A DNA stretch of 63,430 nucleotides, counting the filler, from Lenisia limosa (taxonomy: Eukaryota > Protista > Breviatea), in assembly GCA_001655205.1 (NCBI GenBank). It is 8 parts of 8 records of this genome, joined end to end, with 100 filler letters (N's around TTAATTAATTAA, not from the genome) between each part and the next. Parts side by side here need not be neighbours in the genome. Positions count along the whole stretch, not along the records: positions 8,864 to 35,358 come from LPNZ01007887.1; 7 more parts are not named here. One strand, 5' to 3'. Below the pieces are notes generated by a model that was not told the origin of the DNA, did not search any database, and saw nothing but the letters and a program-made list of their open reading frames with translations. A program made the translations under genes and the position numbers. Each line of letters opens with the position of its first letter. Positions within the stretch are counted from its first letter, which is position 1. Shown here piece after piece: positions 10,322-22,367 of the stretch.

Positions 10322-12759
10322 ATGGACTCAGCCTTTCTCTTTCTGGCCCAGGCGTTTCTCATGCCATTCTCCCTTGTGTTCAACAAGGTGTCGTCTTGGT
10401 TCTACTCGCAGCCTGAGGATAGCGGCCACCTTGTTATTGTGAGCTCTCTTTTCAATGCCGCTCCCCGCTTTCTCTCTTACTATTACCTTTGCTCCCAGCT
10501 TTCTCAGCTCTTTAATTCGGTTCCGAAACTGGATCTTCTTTTTTGAACGGACTGTTTTTGTCTTTTTTGGTTGAAAAATTTGACCCACAGGTTGGACTCA
10601 AAAACTCGGGGAAGAAGTCTCTCGCCCGGGTGCTGCAGGAGGTTGGCAGTCGAAAAAGGTGGCGTATATATCGCTATGGATATGGCCATATAGTATATTT
10701 CACCGATCTATTATATCAAATAGTAGTAATATTCTGTCTGATATCATATGCTATGTAGTTATTTTATTATATGATATATTCTTCCTTGGTTGAACAAATA
10801 TTTGTTGACAGAATTCACATGTCTATTTTGTTTTTGAAACATGAGTGAATTGTATGTCAACAACTTCTTGTAATCGACCATTTGGTAAAAAGGGTTGACT
10901 CTATGAGATGTCACGCACAGTGTTCGGGAATTGAGCGATTTGTTATGTGATTTCCCAAGGAAAATCGGTCAAGACTTCTCCCAGTATAGCCTGGTTGTAC
11001 TTTCAATCGAACACTGATTAGAGTGCTTTCTATTAACTATGGAGAATATTGATTTTGCTTTCTCACCCAATTGACCGCACATAAGCTTCTTACATTTGAT
11101 AACATTAACCTCTACGGATACTGTACACACTTCATTTCTCCTCCAGAGGGAATCGCTATTCTGGATGACGTGTGCGGAGGGCGCAGACGATGTCCCAGAG
11201 TTTCAGGAGGTCACGGCCGACACCTACCCTGTTTTAGCTCGAATATGGGACACAGAAGGTGAGCTGCTAATGCTGCTCTTTATAGCGCGTTGTCTCTATC
11301 TACCACATTTATTGTCCACGAAGACCTCATATCCACTTATCTGAATGATACTCTGGATACCTCTGGATAATGAGCCCTCCTATCTGCGATTAATACTTCG
11401 ACTCGAAAGTCGATACTCTACACATAACTATGGGATATGAGACAGATTATTATTTAGTTTGAAATTGAAGTGTCTGATATTGAGTATACATTACAATATA
11501 TTGCACTTGAAATTTATCCATTATTGTTTTCAATTAATTGCACGGAGCCCTAAAAATTATGTATTATGTCTTTTTGGACAGCATTGCCATTCTCACAAAA
11601 CAGATATGTTGCCGTTTGTGTATCGCCAACAGCTGTGAGGGGGGGGGGGGCTTCCAAAATCATGTTAATCAGTCTACATATTNNNNNNNNNNNNNNNNNN
11701 NNNNNNNNNNNNNNNNNNNNNNNNNNNNNNNNNNNNNNNNNNNNNNNNNNNNNTATTTAGGCTTGAAAACGCAATTGGTGTCGTAAGTGGGTCGCTGGAG
11801 TCGAGTTTTGTTTAGTACTGGGGAGGCATGCTGTGTGCATTGTAAGTCAAATGATTGGGTGAATTAATATTATAATATACAATAATCCAATATCTCTTTC
11901 ATCGTGATGGTGTGGACGGCTTCGGCCAGAAACAATTTTTTATCTCATACTCACCCTTTAGTTGGCAGTGGTAGATCCTGATGATGACATTGTCCTGGTG
12001 CAGTCCGAGCTGGAACAGGTCCTTTATCGAACTAAAAGTGGGACATGTTCAGTCTAAAGGGATTCATTGCGGTTCAAAAAAGCCAGTTTAGAGGTCTTTT
12101 TTTGTTTTGGACTCAACCCCCCCCCCACCGCTATTTGTTAAAAAGTCAACCACCAGACCTCCCGATATGTGTCGTACTTTCAAAATTCGACCAACGAGAA
12201 GAGAACTTCTCTCCCCAAAAGGTAAGCTGACAAATGGATGGTGTTGATTTCTCTAAATACAACCCATTCACCTTCCTCGTCAAATACATAACAGTTCAAT
12301 AACCCTAGAGTTTCTGTGTATCTTCTGATTCAATTACTTTCTAAAAAGCCAAGATTGTCGAAGTTTTGAAGTTGGAAGCCAACACCAATGTGGTTATTCA
12401 TGATGTTTCATCCTTGGTAGGGGTGGTTGTCTCTTCATGCAAAGGGTTAAATTGTACAGTATGTGAAGTAGGGCTCTGTGCATTTAATTATTTGATGGAA
12501 TTGATACAGAATGACGTTATCGAGTCTGAAATGTTCTTAAATATGTTCCACTTTAAATTTTGAAAATAAAAAGCATTATCTATTTTGCTCTATAAACCCT
12601 AGACGACATTTTAGACTGGAGCTGGCGTATCAGATATCGAGAAATGGATTACCAGTCTAAATGTGAGTCTTTATCTTGGCTGCAAAAGTAACGTTTCACC
12701 ACTTGTCCCCTCTTGTGATCCTCTAGGTCAAAGAAACACAAGAAGAAAACAATGTTTAG
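10322..12759 (+). CDS. Divergent Arf/Arl/Sar1-family small GTPase with degenerate G motifs
   Basis: Spliced: ...FSLVFNKVSSWFYSQPEDSGHLVI|VGLKNSGKKSLARVLQE|...PVLARIWDTE|ALPFSQNRY...|LAVVDPDDDIVLVQSELEQVLYRTK|NLPICVVLSKFDQRE...|IVEVLKLEANTNVVIHDVSSL|TGAGVSDIEKWITSLN. Motif order and C-terminal helix match the Arf fold. Start could be ATG 10322 or the next Met; last exon inferred. Confidence 0.75.
10918..10990. mobile_element. MITE family C, degenerate copy
   Basis: CAGTGTTCGGGAA...GATTTCCCAAGGAAAATCGGTCAAGACTTCTCCCAGT. Confidence 0.55.
11817..11949 (+). repeat. Repeat family B copy
   Basis: ACTGGGGAGGCATG...AATGATTGGGTGAATT...ATCCAATATCTC...GTGATGGTGTGGACGGCTTCGGCCAGAAACAA. Confidence 0.85.
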
Positions 12760-12889
12760 CATACAAAGGCATCCCTCCTTTCAATGACACCAGAAGACAA
12801 AAGAGTTGTATTAATTAAGAAGTCTCGTTCGTATCTGATTATTTATTTCTCTCTTTGAGCCTGTAGAACCTTGGATAGGAACGCAGGTC

Positions 12890-15549
12890 TCATCTCTTCA
12901 CGATTGCTGCCATTTTGGCGTATTGTGCTCCGGACCAAATCGTGGTGCCTCCAACCACATAGCTACATCATAAGAGTCGCAGATATCATGACAAGGATCC
13001 AAGAAAAACTATATATGCATATCATATAATATCATATTTTTTTATTTTATATATTTTATATCATTATAATATATCATATAGTATTTGATGATAAGATGTA
13101 CGTATTTACTGCTAGTATTTCGTCCTTTTTTGACTTCACATGACCTGCTGCGTATATCATTCATTTAGACCTTAGGAAGCAATAAATAAACCTACGCAAT
13201 CACTACTGTAGGCACTCTTTCATCACCAACAGACCTCAAGGCAGCTATAAACGGTCCAATTGGCAGAGTGAAAGCGGACATGGCCAGAGCAGATGAAATG
13301 AGCGACACTTGAAGAGCAGTGTTTACCTAGGCTGTTGGTTTCATTGAAAGTGGCAATTTTAGCTTCCAATACTCCATACCATATATATCATAAAGGGTGT
13401 GATATGTCAAAATAAGAATTAAAACAAGGGAGTAATATTTCTTTCATTTCAAAAAGAATAGCATCGAGAAAATAAGTATGAATAGAAGTAAATAAAACAG
13501 CGTCACTACCCACTTTTGACACCATTGTGGGTTTGATTTCAACTGATTCAGTCTTAGAAACATCGAAAAAGGATGACAGAGCCTAGGGACATGTAAGATG
13601 ACGGAGCCTAGGGACATGTAAGAACGAAAAGCATGTATGTAGTGTAAGCTTGACCATTCGTTTGTCCCTGAAGTCTTGACAAATAAATTGACCAATAAAG
13701 TGCACAAGAGAATATTGGTGCAAACCTGTCCGTTTCTGAGTAAACTTGACGCCCGATACGCCACAGTACCGCCCAATAGCAACAAGTCTCGACCGACTAT
13801 AAGGGACACAATTGGGACTAAGACGTGAGCAGTGCTATTAGAAACAAGTTTGAGGTTCAATATGATGACTTCATATTACTAAAACAAGAACAAGGGCTTG
13901 AAGTAGAATAACGAGATACTCCCTTCCTGTCTAAAAAGACCGAGAAATACTGTTATATATCCAGAACTCTGTCATTTTTGGAAGAAACCAAGCCCTACCT
14001 GAAAGAGCGCCTGTAGCAGCGAGTGTTATGGATGCAGTCGTCATCATTATCTGAACTGTCAATTTTCGGTACTATGTTGCAAAATGCGATAACAATCATA
14101 ACTACGGTTACAGACTTTAACGGATTTTGGGTCAAGTGGAATATCTTATCCTATTTATACAGAGTCTTATTCACTACTTCTACATAGGGCTCACTTTATC
14201 TCCCAAAGGGTCTAAGAAAGATCCAAGAGTTGAAGCCTGATTGAAGCGTCTTGCTATGTAGCCATCCAGCTGCAAAGGTAATTTCAAGCTCTACAACAAC
14301 ATAAAGTGCTCAATAAATCATATGACCTTTTCAGGCGAGAAGAACTTTGGGAACCATACATTATGATGTGTGTATGTGATTATAAAGGGGGGAAAGAGTA
14401 CTGAATATTGAGGTAACAGAGCAAAGGGCCATCAACAACATGTACAGTGACCAGGATAAGTCTTGACTGATTTGCTCTATGATTTCCCAGTGAAGGTCAA
14501 GACTGATCCCGGTCACCGTATCTTATCACAACACTAGAGTTCATCAGAATGCAAATGCAACCACGAGCACAAGTTAAAAGATGTCAGTAAAAGGATGTCA
14601 CCAACCATGTCTGATAAACCTGAGGCAGAGAACAGCCAAAACGCGGGTTTAGCTGCCCCTTGAAGGGCAAGGTAACTGTAGAGTGGGAATTGGGGAGGGA
14701 ATAACATGGGTTCGCCAAACTTCGCTAAATAAACAGTGTTCATGTTTATTGAAGAGTATGTATTGTTTATTGAGGAATATTTCTTGAAGATTTTTATTTA
14801 GGATTTCTCAGGATATTTTTGACGTGTGTGACGGGCAAGAGACACCCACCTGATAACCGGGGTGGTCAGGATCCTTGCAACAGACAGGGCGTTTGGGACT
14901 GTGGCAATTCTTTTGGCCAATCTGTCGGCCTCCGACTCAACTAAAAAGTCAACGATAATATGCACTTTCTGACAAAGCTACATAATATAGCAATGAGAAA
15001 TAAAAAATAAAGTTGTATCTGGCCGAAGCCGTACACGCCATCACGCTTATAAGAGATATTGGATTTTAGCATCAAATTAATTCACCCAATCATTTGCCTT
15101 ACAGCTTGCCTCCCCGGCATACAAAGTTATAGTTATATCTCATTTCTACATAATGCATTGATGAGTCCTGCTTTTTTCTTTGACATCTCTTGAGCAATTA
15201 TCTGAAATTCATCCACACCCTGCCATGAACCCACTTTCTTCAGTATTCAACAGGATGTCCTCCGCAGTCGCATGCTCTTCCGTCACGCTGCAAACAACAG
15301 ACGTCAAAAAGAAACCAGAGCCAGGCAAGTTTTCAACACCACCAGCAGCCTACAGTTTCTACAAAGAAGCGGCGACACCGCCAGTCTTGATGGAGCGAGC
15401 TTCGGCAAGTTGATGAAGAAGGTTCTTNNNNNNNNNNNNNNNNNNNNNNNNNNNNNNNNNNNNNNNNNNNNNNNNNNNNNNNNNNNNNNAAGAGTGGGTG
15501 AAAGGGGGCCTAGCCGCTGATGCTCGACGGTGGAGTAAGGTAACCCCAT
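12890..15549 (-). CDS. CRLS1: Cardiolipin synthase (CDP-alcohol phosphatidyltransferase type)
   Basis: Spliced exons: RIATVPNALSVARILTTPVI|YLALQGAAKPAFWLFSASGLSDM|LDGYIARRFNQASTLGSFLDPLGDK|IMMTTASITL...|VPIVSLIVGRDLLLLGGTVAYR...|ALSSFFDVSKTESVEIKPTMVSK|VNTALQVSL...|YVVGGTTIWSGAQYAKMAAIVKR*. Contains the DxxDGxxAR...G...D signature. Start codon uncertain because of an N gap. Confidence 0.88.
14445..14518. mobile_element. MITE family C (Tc1/mariner-like), best copy
   Basis: TA|CAGTGACCAGGATAAGTCTTGAC...GTCAAGACTGATCCCGGTCACCG|TA: about 23-bp imperfect TIRs starting CAGTG with TA duplication. Confidence 0.85.
14986..15121 (-). repeat. Repeat family B copy
   Basis: Reverse complement: TGTATGCCGGGGAGGC...AATGATTGGGTGAATT...AAGCGTGATGGCGTGTACGGCTTCGGCCAGATACAACTTTATTTTTTATTTCTCATTGCTATAT. 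Confidence 0.85.
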
Positions 15550-15681
15550 GATTTTTGCCTTTTCAAACGAAAATTGAATCCGGAATAAACGACAATAAAC
15601 GAAGAGAATAATCATATTATAATACATATATAAGTTGTTGATAACAAGAAAGAAGACACTACAGAATCCACCAAGTGTACC

Positions 15682-18600
15682 ATGAAAAGCGACGTCTGGA
15701 GTGGCCTTCTGATCATCTTATCCCTTGTTTCACTTTGCTTTGGATATATAAAGGTCAATGGAGCAGGAGAATCCTTCTTCTTAGATTCCGCCGGACAGTA
15801 CCATGCCTTGTCGGAATTTACCAAAGTAACCCCTTGTAAACTTGAGGGTGAGTGGTAATAACGGTGCAGTATTGTTATTATAATGATATTGGAAAGTGAG
15901 GCAGTTAATAGACAGACTCAATTTATCACGGGGTGGCTGATTTGGGTGGCATTATTCCTGTTGTGAGTGATTGATGTTGCAGAAATGGAGTGGCAGTTCG
16001 TTGAGAAGACGACTGGGTTTTTGAATGTGCCCGACTTCGAGCCTTCCATCAAGAAGTACATTAAGTTCACTACCTCCAAGGTTGCAACTGTGGCTAAGGT
16101 GGCGCNNNNNNNNNNNNNNNNNNNNNNNNNNNNNNNNNNNNNNNNNNNNNNNNNNNNNNNNNNNNNNNNNNNNNNNNNNNNNNNNNNNNNNNNNNNNNNN
16201 NNNNNNNNNNNNNNNNNNNNNNNNNNNNNNNNNNNNNNNNNNNNNNNNNNNNNNNNNNNNNNNNNNNNNNNNNNNNNNNNNNNNNNNNNNNNNNNNNNNN
16301 ACAACAATCTAATACATCCCAATTCAGTTCAACTCAATTCAACTCAATTCTCGCGTGAATAGTACGTATTTGTGAATGTTACTCGTAGCTATTCTTTGCA
16401 TACGCCCCATTTCATTGTTCTATTTACTTTGAAGTTACTGGAGCCTATTCCGGGATGGCACACTTTGATGAGTCGACCGGCCAAGTTCTGGCTCTTCTGT
16501 AAGAAGGGAACATGCTGTTAAACTCGCAAACTGAAATCATCCCAATTACTTGTGCCTAGTTCTTTGCCCCCCCCCCCATCTAATTAACCCAGGACCATAA
16601 CGAACAACATTTACCTTTTCCGGTCGGCAGACATGGCCCAAACCTGGAGTGCTGCTCAGCCTATTTACACTGTTTGAGGGGTTGTCAGGGGGGTACCAAT
16701 ACTTCCAGTGTATATGTTTACAGTTACGATCTTCTAAGTACAGGTTCCCACAGCTTGATATTGCAGTTGTAGTTTTAACCCCTGTAGCAAGGGTTTCAAG
16801 TCGCGCCTCATTTCCTGAACAAGCTCTCAATGAGTGATGTGAAGGTCGACCCTACCAACGGCAACATTTACGTTGCACTCTACGCTGACATAAGGTTTGC
16901 TCATCTCTTGCATCTCCTTGCTTTCTTTCGCATCATCTGTTGCATCTCCTTGCTTTATTTCGCATTTCTACTTATTCTGACTTCTTAGAAATGGCTATAT
17001 TTTTTCCTATGCTGGCTTCTTAAGATCCCTCGATAACGGTGCAACATGGAGTGACCTCAGTTTCCCCCTTGACAATGTTGGATCCATGATTGAATCAATG
17101 CCCGGGTACTTTCTTTTTTGTCATTTCACCCATATTATTACGTTGGACGGCTCTAGTCTGATCCACCTAGTTTTATTTCTCAAAAAAAATATCGATATTT
17201 GCCATGTTTGACCCGAAAAGTGAAGGCCTGATACTGTATAATAACCACGAGGACGATTTCACTCTCAGATCGCCAACCAGACCAGGACGTACGGAACTTA
17301 TATTACCCTCACTGATCACGCGGTCCTGGTTGGTAGTTTCACCCCGTCGCCGTTTTAACGATTTAGCTTTCAGCACACATTTATGATACCTTCTCTGGCA
17401 CTGATGGTGATATTCATATCGGGTCTTCGTATGATCAAGGTGAGACTAGTGTTTGGTAACCACTCGCTATAGATATTCTTTATCCTTCTGACCGCTTTAG
17501 GAGCAACTTTTAGTGTACAGTCACGTTCAATCTTCAATGATACCATGTAAGCCTTGGACACTCTGATGCAAGTAGAATAGATGCATATTATTGGTACTAT
17601 TTGAAAAATATCATACATTTGATATGGTATCATCTGCTATACTATACCACAGTATTTTTTATGACAGTGTCTGTAGTTCTTTATGGGCTTAGGAAAGAGA
17701 ACAACGCCCAAATGCAAACCGATGGACAAAACGTTATCCTTTGCCACTCCATTTCCGCAAGCCCCGAGCTGACTGGTCCGCCTTATACATCAAAGGTTTG
17801 TGGTACCCCTTGTCCTCCAGCAATTGCCATCTCAATAATCGACATGGTGCGCGCAATGTGCCTCCTGTAGCACTTTGGCCAGTACTTGTCTGAGAAACCA
17901 CCTACCAAATTATGTTATGTCCAAAGTCGATTTACTTAGAAATGATTCCAATCACTATTACAGTGCCACTTCTCGAACAACGAGGGTTACTCATGGTCTG
18001 ACATTGAGTTATACCCTGACCTGCCAGTTGACGCCGAGAAGAACTTTTACTACAGCTTTGGAGCTTCGGACATTGACCAATTTGGTGGGTAGAGATGAGG
18101 ATTTCCAGCAATTGTTGTTTTTTTTTTTAATACTATTACTGTACTGGAAGTCTTTTCCAGATACAACGTTTTATTTCTCATCTCTAATTTACAAAATGCA
18201 GACACAAATGATGGTAGCTCTAGGATTGATTTATTGAAAACACACCCTTTGTTCGCTTCCCTTACCTATCTTTTTTTTATTTTGTAACTTCTTAGGCCGG
18301 ATGCTTTTGTTCCGTCACAACCACGATGTAACCCCGACCTCAGTCTGGCTGTCCGAAGCCAACATCAACACTGGACTTGCCAAGTTCAGTCATTACGCCA
18401 AACTGAGCAATGTTCTGACGGACCTTTTCACTGTTTGTTATGAATGTCCGTTTTTCATGTCTTAGACGATCCCTTCAGCCTGGGAAGTAAGTGGCGTGTC
18501 TCTTAACCACAATGGAGACAGCAGATGGTTTATGAATGTATGTTCCGCGGCATGTAAGGATTATATTATCCTTGTTAACCCTATTGTTTGATTCTGTTTA

Positions 18601-18682
18601 ACTTGTGTAGATCATGCTGAAAGACAAGGACCTGTCGAAGTACACTACAGGCATATACTACGCTGACTGCGTTTCACAGTAA
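15682..18682 (+). CDS. Secreted BNR/Asp-box repeat beta-propeller protein (sialidase/GH74-like fold)
   Basis: Signal peptide MKSDVWSGLLIILSLVSLCFG; spliced exons contain Asp-boxes FRSADMAQTWS, LRSLDNGATWS, SSYDQG and FSNNEGYSWS; ends ...YTTGIYYADCVSQ* (TAA 18680-18682). Confidence 0.8.
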
Positions 18683-18814
18683 TCTGTCTCTGTTTATGTA
18701 TTACAATTAGATTTGCAAAAGGGGGGTCAACTTGCATTATTGCACTACTAACATTTACTATGGAGTCTGAAACAAGCATTAACAAGTTTACAAGAGACAC
18801 GCATGTTTTTTCTT

Positions 18815-21800
18815 TCATGGTGGAGGGCAGTATCTCAAAAACCGTTCCAAAGCCAAACTAGCTGGCTGAAGGTTCTCTGAATAGTCATGAACTCATTTAG
18901 ACAATGGAAGAGGAGATTCAGCCGTTCTCACCTCTCAAAAACAAGTTTTTCAAGATGCATATGAAGTTCTTGAACTGCTGAGTCAGAGGAACCGCCAACT
19001 TTTCATAGAGCTTACTCAGCCTATAACAATAAATCTTTTATGGTGTTAAAGATGGGCTTTCTTTATCATATTTCCATGTCTTTTCCTGGCAATTTAGGGA
19101 AGCCACCAGGACCCCGAAATGGTGATTATATTTGATAAAAGGCTATAAAGCTCTAAAATTTCAAAATAAAAAATTCAACAGCAAAAACGTCAACATTCTC
19201 ACCGCAAGAGGGACTCAAGAAATTTGCCATCAAGAAGGCTCCACTCCATAACAATTTCAGCATCATAGAAAATCTGGCTAAAAATCTGGACTTGAAGTGA
19301 GTGGCCTTTTGGCAAATTCACTAACCTTATCCAGGACCAACACAGGGTGGAAGGGAGTACTGATGGCTAGTGCAGGGTATGAGAGGANNNNNNNNNNNNN
19401 NNNNNNNNNNAGACAGTAGGATTGAGTCTAATTGTCGGTCAGACAACATAACAAATGGAACTGATGTGACAGTTAGCGCGTCACTTCGGTTCGAAAAAAA
19501 CTGAATTTCTCGATAAACCCTCGAAAACTATCGACATTTTGCCGGTCTTTTTTGAACCGAAGTGAAGTCCTAGTGACAGTCCACATTCTTCATCATCATC
19601 CTTGGAACACCCCCACCCGATTCCATGAGAGCGTCCAAAGCAGCACTGAGGAATTCTTCGGAATTCGGAAGACTATCAAGAAAGTGGCAGACAGACTTCA
19701 GAAACTGCAACGTCAGAAATGTGGGTCTTTTCGTCCACCCTCTTAAGGATGATAATTGAGACCGTTTGGGCATGACAAAGGACTCAAGGACAGACCTGTG
19801 GATTCGTACTGGTCTTAGTACAGCTGTAGATCGCCTGTATGAGACACTGCATCAGCACTGCAAACTGCGCAGCTTTTGTAACGGAGACGAGGGGAGATAG
19901 CTGGGGGTGAAAGACACACAAGGGGAGATAGCTGGGGGAAGTAACCCTTTGTTTCTGAACCATTTCATTCCCTCTATCGTATACTGTTCATAACATTAGG
20001 GTGGCCCCCCTAATGATCTTAGCTATAATAGTTAATAGTCAACTGACAACTGTGAAGTCTAATGCGGGAAAGTGCCATGTGAACAGCAATGGACAAGGTG
20101 ACAAACCTGACGCGACTCAAGGGCTCCTGTGAATTGGTCAAGAGTAAACGACGAAATGCAGAGCTCTTTATTGAGCCTTTCTACTATTGAGAAGCAAGCA
20201 TCGCCCTAAACAATAAGTAAACACATGCAGTTCTGAAGTGAGAATCATCTACATCTATTCCATGAGCGGTCTTTCAAACTGCTCACAGTTTATTCGAAAA
20301 CAGAAGAAAATAGAAAAGAGAAAAGTTTGGGGTCTAGAAAATAAAGAAATAATTAGGCTCCATACAATTATTTACAGTATGTTCCATCTCAAATTTTGAA
20401 ATTATTTTTTCAATTAATTGCACGGAGCCCTAGAAATAATAGTATTTAACAGAGCCCACCCCATCTTCGGTCAAAATGAAGGCTTTGGCACAGAGGGGAA
20501 CCAGGTCAGATTGAAGATCCTCAAATAATGGTGGAAATGACACCTATGACTTTCAGAAGTACGGTACTGGTCTTATCAGATTGAAAATACTCCACATTAG
20601 ACCTCATATGACGCACTATGTAATATACTACATGAACATTGTCATGCATACTACATGAGTATTGTCATGTATACTACATGATGCAAAATATCATAGTATC
20701 ACTTTTCTAGTTGAACAATACCAACCATTCCACACAAACATGAAACTGAGTACTCCAATCAGATGGCAAGGCAAGAAACAGTCGAAGCACCGTTTCGTTA
20801 AAATACGCCTTGAATATCAAAAGATAACAACATTTGTGGATTCTCTAACATTTTACCCCCCAGTCTTCTTTATTAGTGGTCTTGTGTTTACAAAGTCGAA
20901 TTAGAACTTAGAGTATGCCTTATCAATGGATGATTTATGGCAGGGGAGGGGCGGATTTGCTCCAATCTGCTCACAACGTTCTTCTGCGGAGCCATTATTT
21001 TCTCCTCGATAACTGGCCAAACTTCTTTAACAAGATACTCCAGTGACTCTCCGCCTGAAATGTAATATTGGATAAAATAGGATAATTCGGCCAAAGTCCA
21101 GGGTGGAGTGCAGCATATTATCAAGAAGATGATTCTAAAATTATTGATTTACCCCCCAATCACTTAAAAAATGATTCCATCCATTCTGTGTGCCTCCCCA
21201 ATGATAAAGTAAAACCTATAGGAACTTCACTACCATGTTTCCCAAGCCATCCTCACCTATACTGACATGTTTCTCAAGACATGCGAGGGTCAACGCTCTC
21301 AGTACATTCGGAGCTTCCGTACTATCTGCAATGGTGACAAGGATGACAGGACTGTAAGGTATTGTCCCCATTTAAAAGGGCTTTCACACTATTTATTTAC
21401 CTGGCTTTTTAAACACTTACACTTATCAACGCAATGCAGTATGATAACAAACTATGACATATTTCCCACTCACCATGGAGAGACTCTTTGACTTGATCCA
21501 CTGTCTCTGTGTAACTTTGCTGGGACCTTGGGTGTGAAGACAGAGTTGTGGTAAGCTTGGTATACTCATACCAAAACACAAAACACAAAATAAGAACCAA
21601 TACGCATTTTAGGTGAACTTACCATGACGCCAGCATCTGCCTGGCTTTACTCATTTGCGAACTGAAAGAGAAATCAGGAAAGGAGACTTGTTATACCATG
21701 ATGGTGTATGAACATGGGTGATATAGGGGAGGGGGTTCAAGGGCGGTGGTTTGGTAGCAGAGGGTGTATTACAACGACGTGGGGGCAACGATTTATTGGT

Positions 21801-22260
21801 CTTGAAAAGGCTAGAACAGAAAAAAGGAGGAAGTGGAAGTGGTTCAGGCTTGGTGCAGGGTTGGGGGGGGGGGGGGNNNNNNNNNNNNNNNNNNNNNNNN
21901 NNNNNNNNNNNNNNNNNNNNNNNNNNNNNNNNNNNNNNNNNNNNNNNNNNNNNNNNNNNNNNNNNNNNNNNNNNNNNNNNNNNNNNNNNNNNNNNNNNNN
22001 NNNNNNNNNNNACCAGAAAAAACGAAAGAGACGAACAGAGAAGAAGGAGCAGTGACTGCTGAGGGGTTGACATATCTGGCTATGACATGATCGTTCCTGA
22101 CCCCTGAAGCTAACAAGGAACATGGAGATAGCTAAACTAAGCAGACCGTCCTTTGAATGTCCAGCGGCATTTAAAGGCCTATTACACGACCATTTGACTG
22201 AGACAGCTGAAGCAACCAAGGTTTGAGAGGGATTGCGTTGTGTTGATGATAGAAGATTGC
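18815..22260 (-). CDS. Hypothetical helical multi-exon protein, possibly Lines (LINS)-like; start unresolved
   Basis: Exons: AYFNETVLRLFLAL..., VSFPPLFEDLQSDLVPLCAK..., LSPLVSVTKAAQFAVLMQCLIQAIY..., FLKSVCHFLDSLPNSEEFLSAALDALMES, FHPVLVLDK|IFYDAEIVMEWSLLDGKFLESLLR|LSKLYEKL...|ENLQPASLALERFLRYCPPP*. Gene existence is likely; family assignment is weak. Confidence 0.5.
19474..19572. mobile_element. MITE family A (hAT-like) with perfect 8-bp TSD
   Basis: GTGACAGT|TAGCGCGTCACTTCGGTTCGAAAAAAA...TTTTTTGAACCGAAGTGAAGTCCTA|GTGACAGT. Family TIR consensus TAGGGCTTCACTTCGGTTCGAAAAAAGAC. Confidence 0.92.
20354..20432. mobile_element. MITE family D (hAT-like) with perfect 8-bp TSD
   Basis: GAAATAAT|TAGGCTCCATACAATTA...CAATTAATTGCACGGAGCCCTA|GAAATAAT. 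Matching right ends at about 11530-11552 and 57959-57981. Confidence 0.9.
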
Positions 22261-22367
22261 CGCTGTCTATCCGTGTTATTAAGATTGCATGATTTTGTTT
22301 AAAGAAAACAACATATTTTTACATACATGTACATATTTGTGTTTGATATATTATATTATTAATAATC

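Noticed and set aside
19330-19390. HPVLVLDK resembling the separase/CHAT PLILILD motif
   Set aside because: The next exon lacks the expected LPWE segment and no catalytic His/Cys motifs follow.
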